A DNA stretch of 62,406 bases, the filler included, from Basidiobolus meristosporus CBS 931.73 (Eukaryota > Fungi > Basidiobolomycota): NCBI GenBank assembly GCA_002104905.1. It is 3 parts of 3 records of this genome, joined end to end, with 100 filler letters (N's around TTAATTAATTAA, not from the genome) between each part and the next. Parts side by side here need not be neighbours in the genome. Positions count along the whole stretch, not along the records: positions 19,721 to 48,589 come from MCFE01000876.1; 2 more parts are not named here. One strand, 5' to 3'. Shown here one piece after another: positions 19,721-32,644 of the stretch. Numbering within the stretch: the stretch's first letter is position 1; every line of letters begins with the position of its first letter. The position numbers and the translations under genes were made by a program. The notes beneath the pieces are model-generated. The model ran no database searches, was not told where the DNA came from, and saw nothing but the letters and a program-made list of their open reading frames with translations.

Positions 19721-22700
19721 TGTATAAGTCCAAGGGAGAGATACATCCAACACTTCTCAGGTGTTTGTGTGTGGGGTGTTTGCTGGGTGCAATAACCTCT
19801 GGCAAAAGCTTGCTAGGAATACTTGGGTTCTGTCACTAATCTAATGTGTTGAGGAATAAAGCCACAAGCTTGTCAAGGGAAACCATTGAGCTACAATCCC
19901 CAACTTAGTTGGTGTCTTTACAAAAGTATGTGTTGGGTTCAGTGTCCTTTGAGATGACAATGGACTAAAGCTTCCAAACTCAAAACAACTGTAAACTCCA
20001 TTAGCAGGGACTTGATAAGAATGCAGCTGTGGTCAATACTTAGAAAGACAGAAAAGTATCTTTGCCTGTACCAGAACAAACTTGGGAAAGAATCAAATAT
20101 AATAAAAGATACCTACTCTGAGTATTCCTCACAGGTAGTGCCTCCAAGGTCAGTAGGCTGTCAGTGCAGTTTCCTGGAGGTGTCCTGTGGCCTGGGGTTG
20201 GAGGTTCAGGTAGCAGCAGGTAGCAGTGATCACACTAATCAAAAAGTGGGTATATTGATAAAAAGGATGATGATTTATTGTTGAGGGATAGCATCCCTTA
20301 TATACGTTTCTTACTGACTAAGGTAGCGGTGTTCTCACTAATCAATAAGTTGGAATATTGGAAGAGGGATGATATATTTTAAGGGATAGCCTCCCATATA
20401 CTTTTTTGCTGCTCAAATTCTTGCTAGAAAATACTTTCTGGAAGTTTCCAGAAGGCAATAGACAGCCAATCATGTCATTGTGTACTAAAAGTAGCTCAAA
20501 TTCTTGGCAGATTGTTCTGTAAGACATAGTGGCACCTAGCCAATCAGATAGTGGTGATATGAAGCCTCTGTGTCATGTAGTTACCTCATATGGTAGTAGG
20601 AAAGCAGGGTTATGAAACCAGGATGGTCACATGACATAGGCACTGTTGGGGGTACTTGCCTTATATGGTTACTATCTTATCTTGGCATCTTAGCAAGGAA
20701 TAGGAATTGCTTGTGCAATGGGTTAATAGTGACAAATAGCTTGCCAGGTTGCATAGTAATAATCACATAGACAAGTAGAAAATATTGCAATTTGGGATGA
20801 TACTAATATGGGGGGGCAATCCCTATTAGGGAAGTGAACATATGGGAATGAGCACATTTGCCTGTGGGTGTCACTGTGACCCCATCACATCCACCCCCCT
20901 CTTGGCTTTGAACCCAGGTCAAAGCAAACTAAATGTGAGGTGCAAAATGTGGGTTATTACTGACTGTACTTGGTGAGTGGGAGAGCTTGTAGGTCAAGTC
21001 AGTACCACTTGGTTCAGAATAGCTTCCGATAGAAGGTAGCAAGGTAATAAAGACTTCTGTTTATTTCGTCCAAATCTTGTTGTTCTTCCTGGTTCAATTG
21101 GGTAGATATATATATATCACTTGGGGGGCTTAGACAATAGACAATGTGTTATAAAATAGGGGTGTGAACACCTTCCTGTTATGGTAAGTGTTCTAACTAG
21201 ATAAGGGCAGGGATAGGAGGGGAGGACGCGTGGGGGAATCATAGGGAGGGTACTGGAGGACTTTGGGTAGGACTCTGGAGGGAACTCTTGGGAGAACTCT
21301 TGGGCGAAGAGTGGGTACTACATTGAGTACTCACACAAAATTCCGGTGCTTGAATAGCTTAAGTCTGTTTCCTGCCACAGGTGTTCTTAGCGGTGGTTCA
21401 TCAAGTTCAGACAAGTAGTAGCTTCCATTTCCAATCACCTTAGAGATAATAAATGGGCCAGACCACTTATTGTCAAATTTGCAACTCCACTGCTTGTGTA
21501 AAGTGGAATCATAGAGCAGTACTGGATCCCCTTGCAGTAATGGCTTAAGTCTAAAGCTATATGACTTGCAAAATGATTCCTTGTTCTGAAGTCTTATCTC
21601 TTTGAGTTTAGCAGCTGCTTGGGTAATATCAAGTTCATGGTGATCAAGCTGTTTGATGCTTGTAGTCAGTAGTTCTTCTGTACTCATTGTAGTTCTCCAC
21701 TCTAGCATGTTCCAGGATGTTGAGTCAAGCTCTATGGGAAGAACACAATCATATCCATAAAGCAATTTGAATGGAGATAGACCTGTGCTGCGCTTTGTAG
21801 TGATTCTATCTGCCCAGAGTGCTAGATGAAGTTGTCTAGGCCACTGTAGTGTCATGTTCTTGCAGCTCTTAACTAGGGAGTTAAACACCGGGCCATGGCC
21901 CCATTCAACCATTCCATTGGCTTGTGGGTGATAAGCAGTGGTGAAAGAAATATTAATCTTGTATTGTGAGCAGAGTTCCTGGATCAAATATGAGGTCATT
22001 TCATCTTGGTCAGCAACAAACTGGCTGATGCAGCCAAATCTGCATATTATTTCTGCATGAATAAGTCTCCATATTGTGTGGCTTTTGTTATTGGATAGAG
22101 CTTGAGCTTCTACCCACCCACTCAGATCATCTCTGGCAACAACTAGGTACTTCTTGGTTCCAGCAGTTAGCATGTGGACCAGGTCAATTCCAACCATCTG
22201 CCATAGGCAAGGTGTGTAGGCAGGATGGAGTGGCTCCTCATATCTCTTGGTTGACCTTCTTTGGCAAATGTCACAAGATTCAACAAAGTTTTGGACATCA
22301 TGATACAAATGCTCCCAGTAATATCTACTGGGAATAACATTGTAAGTGGCATCTCTGCCTCTATGACCACCAGGTCTTCCTTCATGAAGGCTTGACATAA
22401 TAGTCAGTTGTTCCTGGGGCTCAACTATAGCCCTCCTTGGTGTCTGTCCAGGCTTTACTTGTTTGAATAGGAGGCCATCCTTTATGTAGATATGATGGGC
22501 CTTCTTCCTGAGCTTCTGAAATTGTGTGGGCTCATTCCTGGTGGCTTCTCTATGGTTCTCAGATAGTCTTGAATGGTGTTCCACGTAGAGTTGCTGGGCA
22601 TCTTCACATGCAGTTGTTGGATTTGTTCATCAATTATGCCATCAAAGTCAGGGTCCATATCTTCATACAACTGTGGTCCCTTCCTGGAGAGTGCATTGGC

Positions 22701-25700
22701 CACAACATTTTTCTTGCCAGGGATATGTCTGACCTCAAAGTCAAACATTTTCAGCCATGCCATCCACCAATTTGTGGCATCATCAGGTAGATCAGGCTTG
22801 TTGATTGTTCCTATAGGTGGCTTGGCATCTACCTCCAGGACAAAATGTGTCATGTAGAGTTGTGACTTCAGCTTCCTCAGCATTTTCACTACTCCTAGTA
22901 GCTCTCACTTAATCTGTGAGTATCTTTGTTCTCTAGGAGATAAGAGACAGCTCTCATATCTGCAGGCATAGCAGTTGCCATCTTCATCATCTTGGCCAAG
23001 TAGTGCTCTAGCTCCTATAGGGCTTGCATCCACTGTCAAGATAGGTGGACATTCAGTGTTCTGATTTCAAGAGGTCTTAGAACCAGTGGAGATACTAAGG
23101 CCTCTTTTAGTAATTGCATGGCTGCCTCTTGCTCTTCTCCCCAGATAAATGGGGTATTCTTTCTCTGTAGTTGGTAGATTGATTCTGTTAACTCAGAAAT
23201 CTTGGGATCCAGATCCTAAAGAACCCACAAGCTGCCACAAAGCCACAAGCATGTGTTAGGTTTGTGGGGGTAGGCCAGTTGCATATTTTTTGTGTCTTGG
23301 AGTCTCAAGGTGAACAACCAAAGGTGTTGCATTTTTGTATAACAATGGACATCTCTGATACACCAAAGCTGCTTTTCTCACCACTGATGGTGAGTTCAGC
23401 TTCTTCAATGGCTCCTAATAGGGCATAATTGTCTGAAATATGGTCATAGACAAATTTTCTAACTCCAGGCATAACTTCAGTTGTGTCCCAGAGTTTTGGT
23501 CCTTTGATGTGTATGTCATCAACAAAGACAGCAGGTTTCTTAGGTGCAAACTGGTAGAGCACATTCATCATGCATCTCTGGAACTGAGCTACAGAGTTTG
23601 TTACCCCTTGGCTGAGTCTTGTCATTCTTAACAGTCCAAATGGTGTCTGGAGTGCAAACATATCTCTTGATGTCTCATCTAGGGGGATCTGGTCATATCC
23701 TGAGTAGAGATCATATGTTGAGTGGATGGAGTGGCCACTAAAGCTCTCTGCAAAGTCATCAATAGATGGAGGTATTGCGGCACCTCTGATAGTGAAAGCA
23801 TTTGCAGGTTGCATGTCTTGAACAAGTTGGAGCTTTCTGTTCTTCTTTTTGGTCACAAACCATCTGTTAGCATAAGGTCCATGGCAAGTTTCTAGGATAC
23901 CAGCTTCAATCTTCTGCTTAAGTAGGTCATGCACATCAGCTTGGAGTCCTCTAGGCAGTGGGTAAGGCTTAAATGAACAGGGTGTGTGGGGCACTGTATG
24001 AATCTTAATAGGTTTTTCAACCAATGTCTTTTGGAGTCCCATCTCCTTGTTGTTATATGAGAAAACCTTATCATGTCTTTTCAGGGTTTCTTCAAATAAT
24101 AAGATCTCCTCCAGTGTAAGGTTTCCATCACCAATGATACGTTGCTTAAGTCTCTCAGGTGTAAGTTGTATATCTTCTGGTGTTCCTTCTGGTGGTCTGA
24201 TGTAATCAGCAGGTTGAATTCCATCAGTTAAAGGTGTATGTGATGGTCTAATCTTCTGTTCTACTGTCTTGTATTTTGTGCAAACCATAGCTGTCTGCAC
24301 CTGTATACCTAATGAGCAGCTCCAACTGTTGGGGTGCATATTGTCAGGCTCCTCATCTTCTTCTATAACAAGATGTGTCTTCTGGCAAGCAGTATGTGTT
24401 CTCTTATTGTTGGGTGTTACCCCACAGAACATTGACTGTAGTCCTGGGTTTAATCCTTGTATAGTGTACCACACTGAACCATCAGAGTAATTGGTAGTTG
24501 TAGCCTTAGTACTGGTCTCCCATGGTCTGCCTAGCAGAAGGTTAATATTTGCCTTTTGGCAGATAAAGAGGGGAAGCCAGACCTTGATTCCTTGTACCTC
24601 AATAGGGAACTTGTGCACTACACCATAAGGTGGACTATATCCTGAGTTTACATCAGTCATGTTCCATCCAATATCTCTATGAATAGGCTGTAGCTCCTTG
24701 CTGCTAAGTGTCTTCCAGAAGTCTAGCAGCATAATGCAAATATTTGAAACACTGTCAATATGGCAGTCAACAGGGTCATCATATATATACCCTTTCACCA
24801 CAGCAGTTGCAACTGAGTAAAAGGTCTTATATTTGGTAGTGTTGTCATCCTCTTGGTGGTCTTCATGGTTTGTCTGGATTATATGGGTGTCCATAAGTTC
24901 AACAGCTTGTCTTCTTGTTCTAAGCTGCTCATCAAAGGTCTTCCTAACACACGGTGATACACTCATGATTTCTCCAACCAACAAAGTGAGGTTCTGCTTC
25001 AGCAGCTTCTCAGTAATCAGTTGAAGACTTGAGTAGCCTGCTATCTTTGAGGTCATCTGAAAGTGAGGCAATGGGTCTTGGGTGGGCAGTATTCTAGGCC
25101 ACTTGTCAATGATAACCTCAGGCACTTCAAACTGTGGTCTTCTAAGGATGGGCTTGACAGGTTCTTCAGGAAGGTGTCTCTAGGTAGCAAAGGTGTCTGC
25201 TTCCTAATTCCTGTTATCAGGGCTGCTTGGACTCACTGTATGAGTCTCAATAGGGGCATCAACAGTAATCTTTCTAGTTGCTGAGTCAGAATTCTGGAAG
25301 AGGGCTCTCATTCCGCCTCTTTGGATATCAGTGGGAATCCTTTTTCCTTCCTTATTAGCAAGCATTCCATCAGCATCGGACTGTACTGTTCCTTCTCTTA
25401 GTAGCTGACTAAGTTCTGAGCATTCTTGTCTTTCATGCTGAGTAGAGTCATACTAAATGTAGTGTCTGGGCAATGGTCTTTGGCCCTCAGTAGCTACCTC
25501 AGCTGAGCCATTAATCTTGAGGGCTAGCTTTTGTAGCTGTTCAGCAAGTTGGTCAATTCTGCTGGTAGTGTAGGTCTGATAGTCAGCAACAGCACTCTTT
25601 GGCTCCTTGGTTGACTGGTCTGGCAGATTAGATGTTAGGAGTCTTATAAAGGTAGAAGTTCGCTTTGCCTCTAGGAGTACACATTTCATCTCTGCAAAGC

Positions 25701-28193
25701 AAGGAACATCAGACTTGTCATCCTTGGCTGCATGTAAGTCAACTTTCCTTGCCAAGTCCTGGGGAAGCCCTTGTGCAAGGTAAAGTGCCATGGTAAGCTC
25801 AGTTATAGCCTGGGACTTTAGGAGTGGCTTGGCCATATCTACATACTGTTGAATGAGCTCTTCAAGTGGTAGCCTGGAGAGTCCTGTCCTTCCAAAGTGT
25901 CTAAGGTCTTCAATTCCATAGTATATCTGGTATCTATCATACTTGGTCTGTAGATAGGTCTTCATTAAGCCCCAGTCAGTAAGAATATCTCCTTGTCTGA
26001 GAAGCTTAGTGGTAATATCATTGGTGCAGTAGTAGGGGAAGTCTTCAGCCATTTCTTGTTTGGATAGGCTGCACATCTTGCAGAGCTTCTCCCATTGAAT
26101 ATGAAGCTTTCCACATTCTTTCCATCAAACTGTGGGGCTTCATGTGAGAGTAGTAATGGCATAGAGCTCATTTTGGGTAGGTAGGTTGGAGTTGCACTCT
26201 TGATAATATCAGTAGTCTCTTTTCAATAGGTGGGTAACAGCTCAAATCTTCAGGTAAATCTAGTTGGGTCCTAGAGAGTTTGTATGAACCCCCCATGTTA
26301 CGTGCCAAATATGTGGTGGTGTATAAGTCCAAAGGGCAAAATACAGCCAATGCTTCTCATGTGTGAATGTGTGTGGGGTGTTCACTGGGTGCAATAACCT
26401 CTGGAAAAGCTTGCTAGGTATACTGGGTCTTTTGTCTAATCTAATGTGAAGGGGGATAAAGCCTCAAGCTTGTCATGGGAAAACTATTGAACTACAATCC
26501 CCAACTTAGTTGGCATTGTGGTGGTGTAGAGGTACTCCTTGGAGAAGCTACACAACTCAAGGTGTGTGAGGTGTCTGATGGGCGCAATAACCTGTGTCTA
26601 AACTGCATATGTTTTTGTCAATATATTACTATGGTAAAAGCTCCTGCTTCTCTAGCTTCCTAGGTGCTCTAAGTGTCTCCAAAGGCCTCTGTATGTCATG
26701 TGCACTACCCTGAAAAGCTCCTTGATGGCAGGTCTGAGATGTACTCTTGAAGGCAGGTGCAGTGATCAACTGCTAATCACTAAGGTAGAAGTGTTACTGA
26801 TAGAAGGGATGCTTTATTGATGCGGGATTGCTTTCCCTTAAATACTTTTCCTGATTGCCAAGTGATTACTAATGACAAGGTTCTAGAAGATTCTAGGTAT
26901 CAGTGGAATTCTTGATGTCATCACTATGAGCTAAAAATATACCAAGAATGCCCTGGAAGGTTCTAAAAGTCACAGCACATTCTACCAATCAGGAATCAGT
27001 AGTCTGAAACCTGTGCAACATAGAAATACCATATATGGTATTGAAATGGTAGGGATGGTAACACAGACCTAGGTCATGTATCATGGGTACTGATGTGGGT
27101 AGTTGTCTTATTTAGATACATATACTGATCACAAAGCTGAATAACATCTGGGATAACTAATGCTAGTAACTAATCAGGGTAAGCATTATACGGTGATAAT
27201 ACTGATAATATGGACAAAAGAAGAATGGGATACTACTGATAAGATAAAATATGGATAAGTATATCATAATGACTATATGAATAAACTTGTCTGTGGGAGG
27301 TATGTTTACCCTACCACAGCATCTTAACAAAAGTTTATAATGGCTTCAATGTCCTTTGAGATGACAGTGTACTAAAGCTTCCAAAGTTAAAACAGCTGTA
27401 AACTCCACCAACAGGGACTTGATAGGAATGCAGCTTTAAACAATAGTTACAAAGACTGAAAAGCATCTTTGCCTGTACAAGAACAAACTTGGGAAAACAA
27501 TCAAATATAATAAAATATACCTACTCTGAGTATTCCTCACAAGTAGTGCCTCCAAGGTCAGTTGGCTCTCAGTGCAGTTTCCTGGGAGTATTGTCAGGTC
27601 TGAGTCAGAAAGTAGTGGTATTAGATAGTGGTGATCTCACTAATCAATAAGTTGGAAAATTGGAAGAGGGATGATATATTTTAAGGGATAGCCTCACCTA
27701 TATACTTTTTTGCTGCACAAATTCTTGCTAGAAATACTTTCTGGAAGTTTCCAGAAGGCAGTAGATAGCCAATCATGTCATTGTGTACTAAAAATAGCTC
27801 AAATTCTTGGCGGATTGTTCTGTGAGACATAGTAGCACCTAGCCAATCAGATAGTGTTAATATGAATCCTCTGTGTCATGTAGTTACCTCATATGGTAGT
27901 AGGATAGGAGGGTTATGAAACCAGGATGGTCACATGACATAGGCACTGTTGGGGGTACTTGCCTTATATGATTACTATCTTATCTTGGCATCTTGGCAAG
28001 GAATAGGAATTGCTTGTGCAATAGGTTAATAGTGACAAGTAGTTTGCCAGGTTGCATAGTAATAATCACATAGACAGATAGAAAATATTGCAATTTGGGA
28101 TGATACTAATATAGGGGGGGTAATCCTTCTTAGGGAAGTGAGCGTATGGGAATGAGCACATCTACCTGTGGGTGTCACTGTGACCCCACTACA
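19721..28193 (-). mobile_element. Ty3/Gypsy LTR retrotransposon family A, copy A1 (degenerate, two LTRs)
   Basis: 3' LTR 19721-20889 (clipped by contig start); PPT (rc AGAGGGGGGTGGA) 20890-20902; integrase 21331-22584 (GHRGRDATY, CDICQ, AYHPQANG); RNase H; RT (LQTPFGLLRMTRLSQG, VFVDD); protease; gag 25453-26171; 5' LTR 26312-28193, interrupted by a solo LTR. Confidence 0.95.
26517..27318. mobile_element. 802-bp solo LTR (family E, related to A) nested in the A1 5' LTR
   Basis: Termini TGTGGTGG..CTACCACA; 4-bp TSD GCAT (26513-26516, 27319-27322). Removing it restores TTAGTTGGCATCTTAAC, as in the uninterrupted A3 LTR. Confidence 0.9.
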
Positions 28194-29191
28194 CTGGTGT
28201 CTCAAGCAGAGAGATTATGAGCAAAAGAAGCCTGATAATGGAAATGCTGCAACAACTGAAGATAGACTATTCAAATCTTCACTAAATATGATCACATACA
28301 AGGATTCTCAGACGTGATATATTGACTATGAAGCATTTCAACACTTGACATACCAAAAAGAACTTTTTACCTGATATTAAGAAACATCAATTAGGAAGGT
28401 TTTCATGGAAGATGATTGAACACTTGATGCAGTGGGAGAAGGAACTATTCAAGTAAGCCTTAGAGGCAGTGAAGAAAGCCATGCATCAACCTTTAAAGCG
28501 GTACTCTATGTACCAGAGATTGTCAAGGACCTACTATCAGTAAGCAAGGCCACAGTAGAAGAACACAGTTTCAGCTTTGGCAATTCTGGATGCAAGATCA
28601 CTAATCAAGGTGGTGCCCATGTTGCTTTTGGTATCACAGATCAGAATCTATACAAGTTGAATTATATTCTATCATATATGGAAGCCAATAGAGTAGCTTA
28701 AACAAGGAAATGCTAATACTCTGGCACAGGAGATTTGGACACATCAATTCTGATTATTTGCGCAAAATGATCAAAGATCAGCTAATTTCCAGAGTAAAAA
28801 TTGATCCCCCAGCTAGTTTGGAGCACTGTGAAGCCTGCATATATGGGGAAAAAGCCAGACAGCTGTTCAAGAGCTCTGGGTTAATCAAAACTAAAAAAAT
28901 TAGATCTAACTCACTTAGATCTGTGTGGACCTATGCAAAATGCATCCTTAGGTGCAATGCAGTATTTATTACTTTTATTGATGATTATACAAGATACATT
29001 TGGTTTTACTCCACACAGAGAAAGGAAGATGCTCTGTCTAAGCTCAGGGAGTTCAAAGCCATTGTGGAGAGAGAAACTGATGAAAAAATCAAGAAAATAC
29101 AATCTAACAATGGTGAAGAATATATTTCAAAACTCTTCATCCACTTCAGCAAAATTCTTGGAATAAAGCAAGGGACTACTGTCTCATACTC

Positions 29192-30339
29192 TGTGGTAAT
29201 GGAAAGTATTCCATTCCTACAATATCCCAAAACCAATATTGCATGAATTTCTTTATTTTGATTATGCTATTGTAACACACAGTTGAAAGATCAAGAATTT
29301 TCAACTTTGAAGGCCAAATACTCCATACCCTGACAAGCAATACACCCAAGAATATTATGTCATACAGAACACGCAGTATCCAACACATTCTTCAATTTAC
29401 AGCTCATTTGAAGCAGTACTTAAGGAGTTATGACCAAAAGAGTCCAATTATTATATGTAATAGGCCACTATTGCCAGGATTACTATGGTGACTTTGATCA
29501 CATGTAACTTTTGAACCAGCCAATCAATTCATGTGAAATCTTCAAAGGTGCTGCACCTATGTCTGATCTGCACCACTGCAAATTTTAGCTTTGTATTATG
29601 TGTATTGCTTGTGCAATTGCCCAAAAATTTTGATCCTTCAGAAATCTCATATATATGACTTCCCCAGCTGAAAAATAAAGGAGAGCCTCTCTTTCCAGAA
29701 TCTCCGCGCTACAGTTACAAGTTTAAAGGTTACAAGAATTACCCTACATCACTTGCACTGTTGAGTATTCTGACTTTGATTGGTACTACATTGGTAAAGA
29801 GACTGCAAAGCTCACATAAATCAAATCTAAGTTCTACAAGAAACTACCACTTTCTGTTGGAAAAGTCCCCTCTAAGAAACCCCTTTAAGAAACCCTATCA
29901 CTCTAAAGAAGCCCCTTTAGGCACCCCTTTAATGTAAAGTCCACTTGAGAGACCACTACAAGAAGCCCCTTTACTCTAAAGACCCCTTTAGAAACTTCTA
30001 CAACACACCCCTTTAGGTTAAAAGGGAGGTTAGAGTTTTCCATATTATGAAATATCATCTCAGAAAGGAAAGCGACTTCCAAATAAGGAAAAGTTACTTT
30101 AAAAGTAAATTAGCCCATTAGTCAACAGAAGGTCAGAACACTGCAATAGAAGTAAGAAACACTACCTATAGTATATTTTGAGCCTAAGATTGAGGATATT
30201 AGTGAAAGTTATATCTTATATTGGTATATCAAACACCCAATAAACTATTTCAGTATTAGCATACTGGAAGTTGTTGTATATTGTTGATTAGTCTCTACAT
30301 TGTAGAACAAGACCCAAAATAATCATAATACAACACAAC
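29192..30339. mobile_element. Family C solo-LTR-like element, copy 1
   Basis: TGTGGTAATGGAAAG..CAACACACA; 4-bp TSD ACTC; splits the Copia integrase motif TTVSHT/PQQN. Confidence 0.88.
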
Positions 30340-32443
30340 AACTCCCCACAGCAAAATGAAGTAGCAGCGCATGCAAACAGATCAATAACTGATATGTCAA
30401 GATCTATGATCTATGATCAAAAATTATCCTATAGTTTTTGGTTGGAATCAGTTGCTAAAGATGTATATATTAGAAATAGAAGTTATAACAGAGTACTTTG
30501 TGATTCTACTCCATCTGAAGCATGGTATGGATACAGATTAAGTGCAAAGCATCTATGAATATTTGGGTGTACAGCATATGCTAAGAAACTGCCCCAAAAT
30601 TAGTCAAAATATAAGCTAAAAAGTGTAAAATGCATGTTTTTGGGCTACCAAATGAGAGTAAAGCATACAGACCCTAAAATACCAAAGTAAAGAGGCTTAT
30701 CAAGTCCAGGGATGTGTTTTTTGATGAAAGCTCAAAATGTTTACAAAACATGACATCAGATGATGACAAATATTTGATCTCAAGTCCACCAATTTCAGGG
30801 ATTGAATCAGACCAAAATAAAGAGATTTTTTTCACTCCATAGGACTCTACAACCATGGTTTAGCCTGAAGCAGTGCCCAGGAATATCCCAGAAGTGATCT
30901 CCTCAGTATCAAATGCCAGGAGATCCAATTCAACAAGAAATAGCCCAAATTACTATATCAATCAGGGAACAAACTTAGCCTATACCTATTCTGTCCATAT
31001 TGATGAGCCCAACTGCAAAATAGGCCCTAAATAGCCCTCAGACAAAGTATTGGAGATCTGTAATGACTGAAGAAAAACAGGCCCTCAAGGAAAAACAAAC
31101 TTGGGACTTGGCCAAATTACCAATCAACCAAAAATCAATTAGATGCAGATGGGTTTTTAGGACAAAATAAAAGGCTGATAGTCCAACTGAAATATACAAA
31201 GCAAGACTTGTGGCCACAGAATACTCTGAAACAGAAGGATTTGACTATACTGAGACCTTTGCACTGGAAGCTAAGTTTAACTCCATCTGATTGATATTGG
31301 TTATTGCAGCCAAATACAAGTCTTTTATGCATCAAATGGATGTAAAAACTGCATTTCTCAAAGAAGAACTTGATGAGGATATGTATATGGACCAGCCTGA
31401 TGGGTTTGTTGATCAAGATAGCCCCTATTTGGTCTGCAAGCTTAAAAAGCTTCTGTATGGTCTTAAACAGTCACCAAAAGCCTGGAATTGTAAGAAAGAT
31501 TCTTATTTGGAACTTTTGAGCTTCAAAAGGAGTAAAGATGACTATAGTATATACTATAGGCCAGGTAGAGCAAATCTAGTACTATTAGCTCTATATGTGG
31601 ATGATCTGATTATAGCCACCAATAACTTAGAAACATTGGAAGAGACCAAATTTGGCCTATCCAAGGAGCTCAAGATGTTGAATCTAGGAGAACTCAGTTG
31701 CAACCTAGGGATTAAGTTCTCCATAGACAGAAGTACCCAGACTATCATGCTAAGCAAGTCCAAGCATATTCAAGATATGCTAAAGTAGTACCAAAAGGGA
31801 GGCTGTAAACTGGCTGCTACGCAATGGAGACAAACCTTAACTTGGTCAAAACTCAACAATATCAAGAAAGCTTTGTGCAATCTGAAAGCCCTGACTTTCC
31901 TTATCAATCTATAGTCAGCAGTCTGATGTATAGCATGCTCTGAACACATTCATATATCTCATATTCAGTGGGAGCTGTCAGCCAACATAATCAGAACTAT
32001 GCATCTGGTCATATTGCAGCAGCTAAGTGGATTTTTAGATACCTAAAAGGAATTGCCAATATCTACTTAAGATACATTTATAAGGATTCAGAACAGAGTC
32101 TTGTGGGATACTCTGATGCTGATTAGGGACAAAGTTTGGAAGACAGATGATTCACCACAGAATACACCTTTCTTTACTGTAAAGGAGCAATTTCATGGAA
32201 TTCAAGAAAGCAACCAACCATAGCACTTTCTACCACAGAGACAGAGTATATGGCAGCATGTGAAGCTACAAAAGAAGCAATGTGGTTACATAAGCTTGAC
32301 AGACTTATGCCTATGTCAAAAAGCATTTATTACTCTATTTCCGGATAATTAGGATGTACACAATTAGGTAGGAATCCAACTTTTATGCTAAAGCTAAGCA
32401 CATAGATATGAGACATCATTTAATATGTGAGGCTATATAGAAT

Positions 32444-32644
32444 AGACTTGTTTCATTGTGCCATTGATCATAGTACCAGAAAGTGCTGTATATTTTGTTA
32501 TTAATTTGATATTTTAGGGTCATATGGATGTCAATTTTGATCCCAAATTGGCACTGTATGGCACCATCAGGCATGATCAGGCACCATCTGGTATGCTATG
32601 GCACTATTGGGCACTATGATCAGCTGGAATGATGGAACAAGTCC
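32444..32644. mobile_element. Family D TIR element (201-bp derivative)
   Basis: AGACTTGTTTC..GGAACAAGTCC; AAT on both sides. Excision with one AAT restores the Copia RNase H frame KHIDMRHHLICEAI*NNSISLVY..MISDIFTKP. Confidence 0.8.

Noticed and set aside
19620-19721. Kinesin gene disrupted by a retrotransposon
   Set aside because: The junction is an artificial spacer between contigs.
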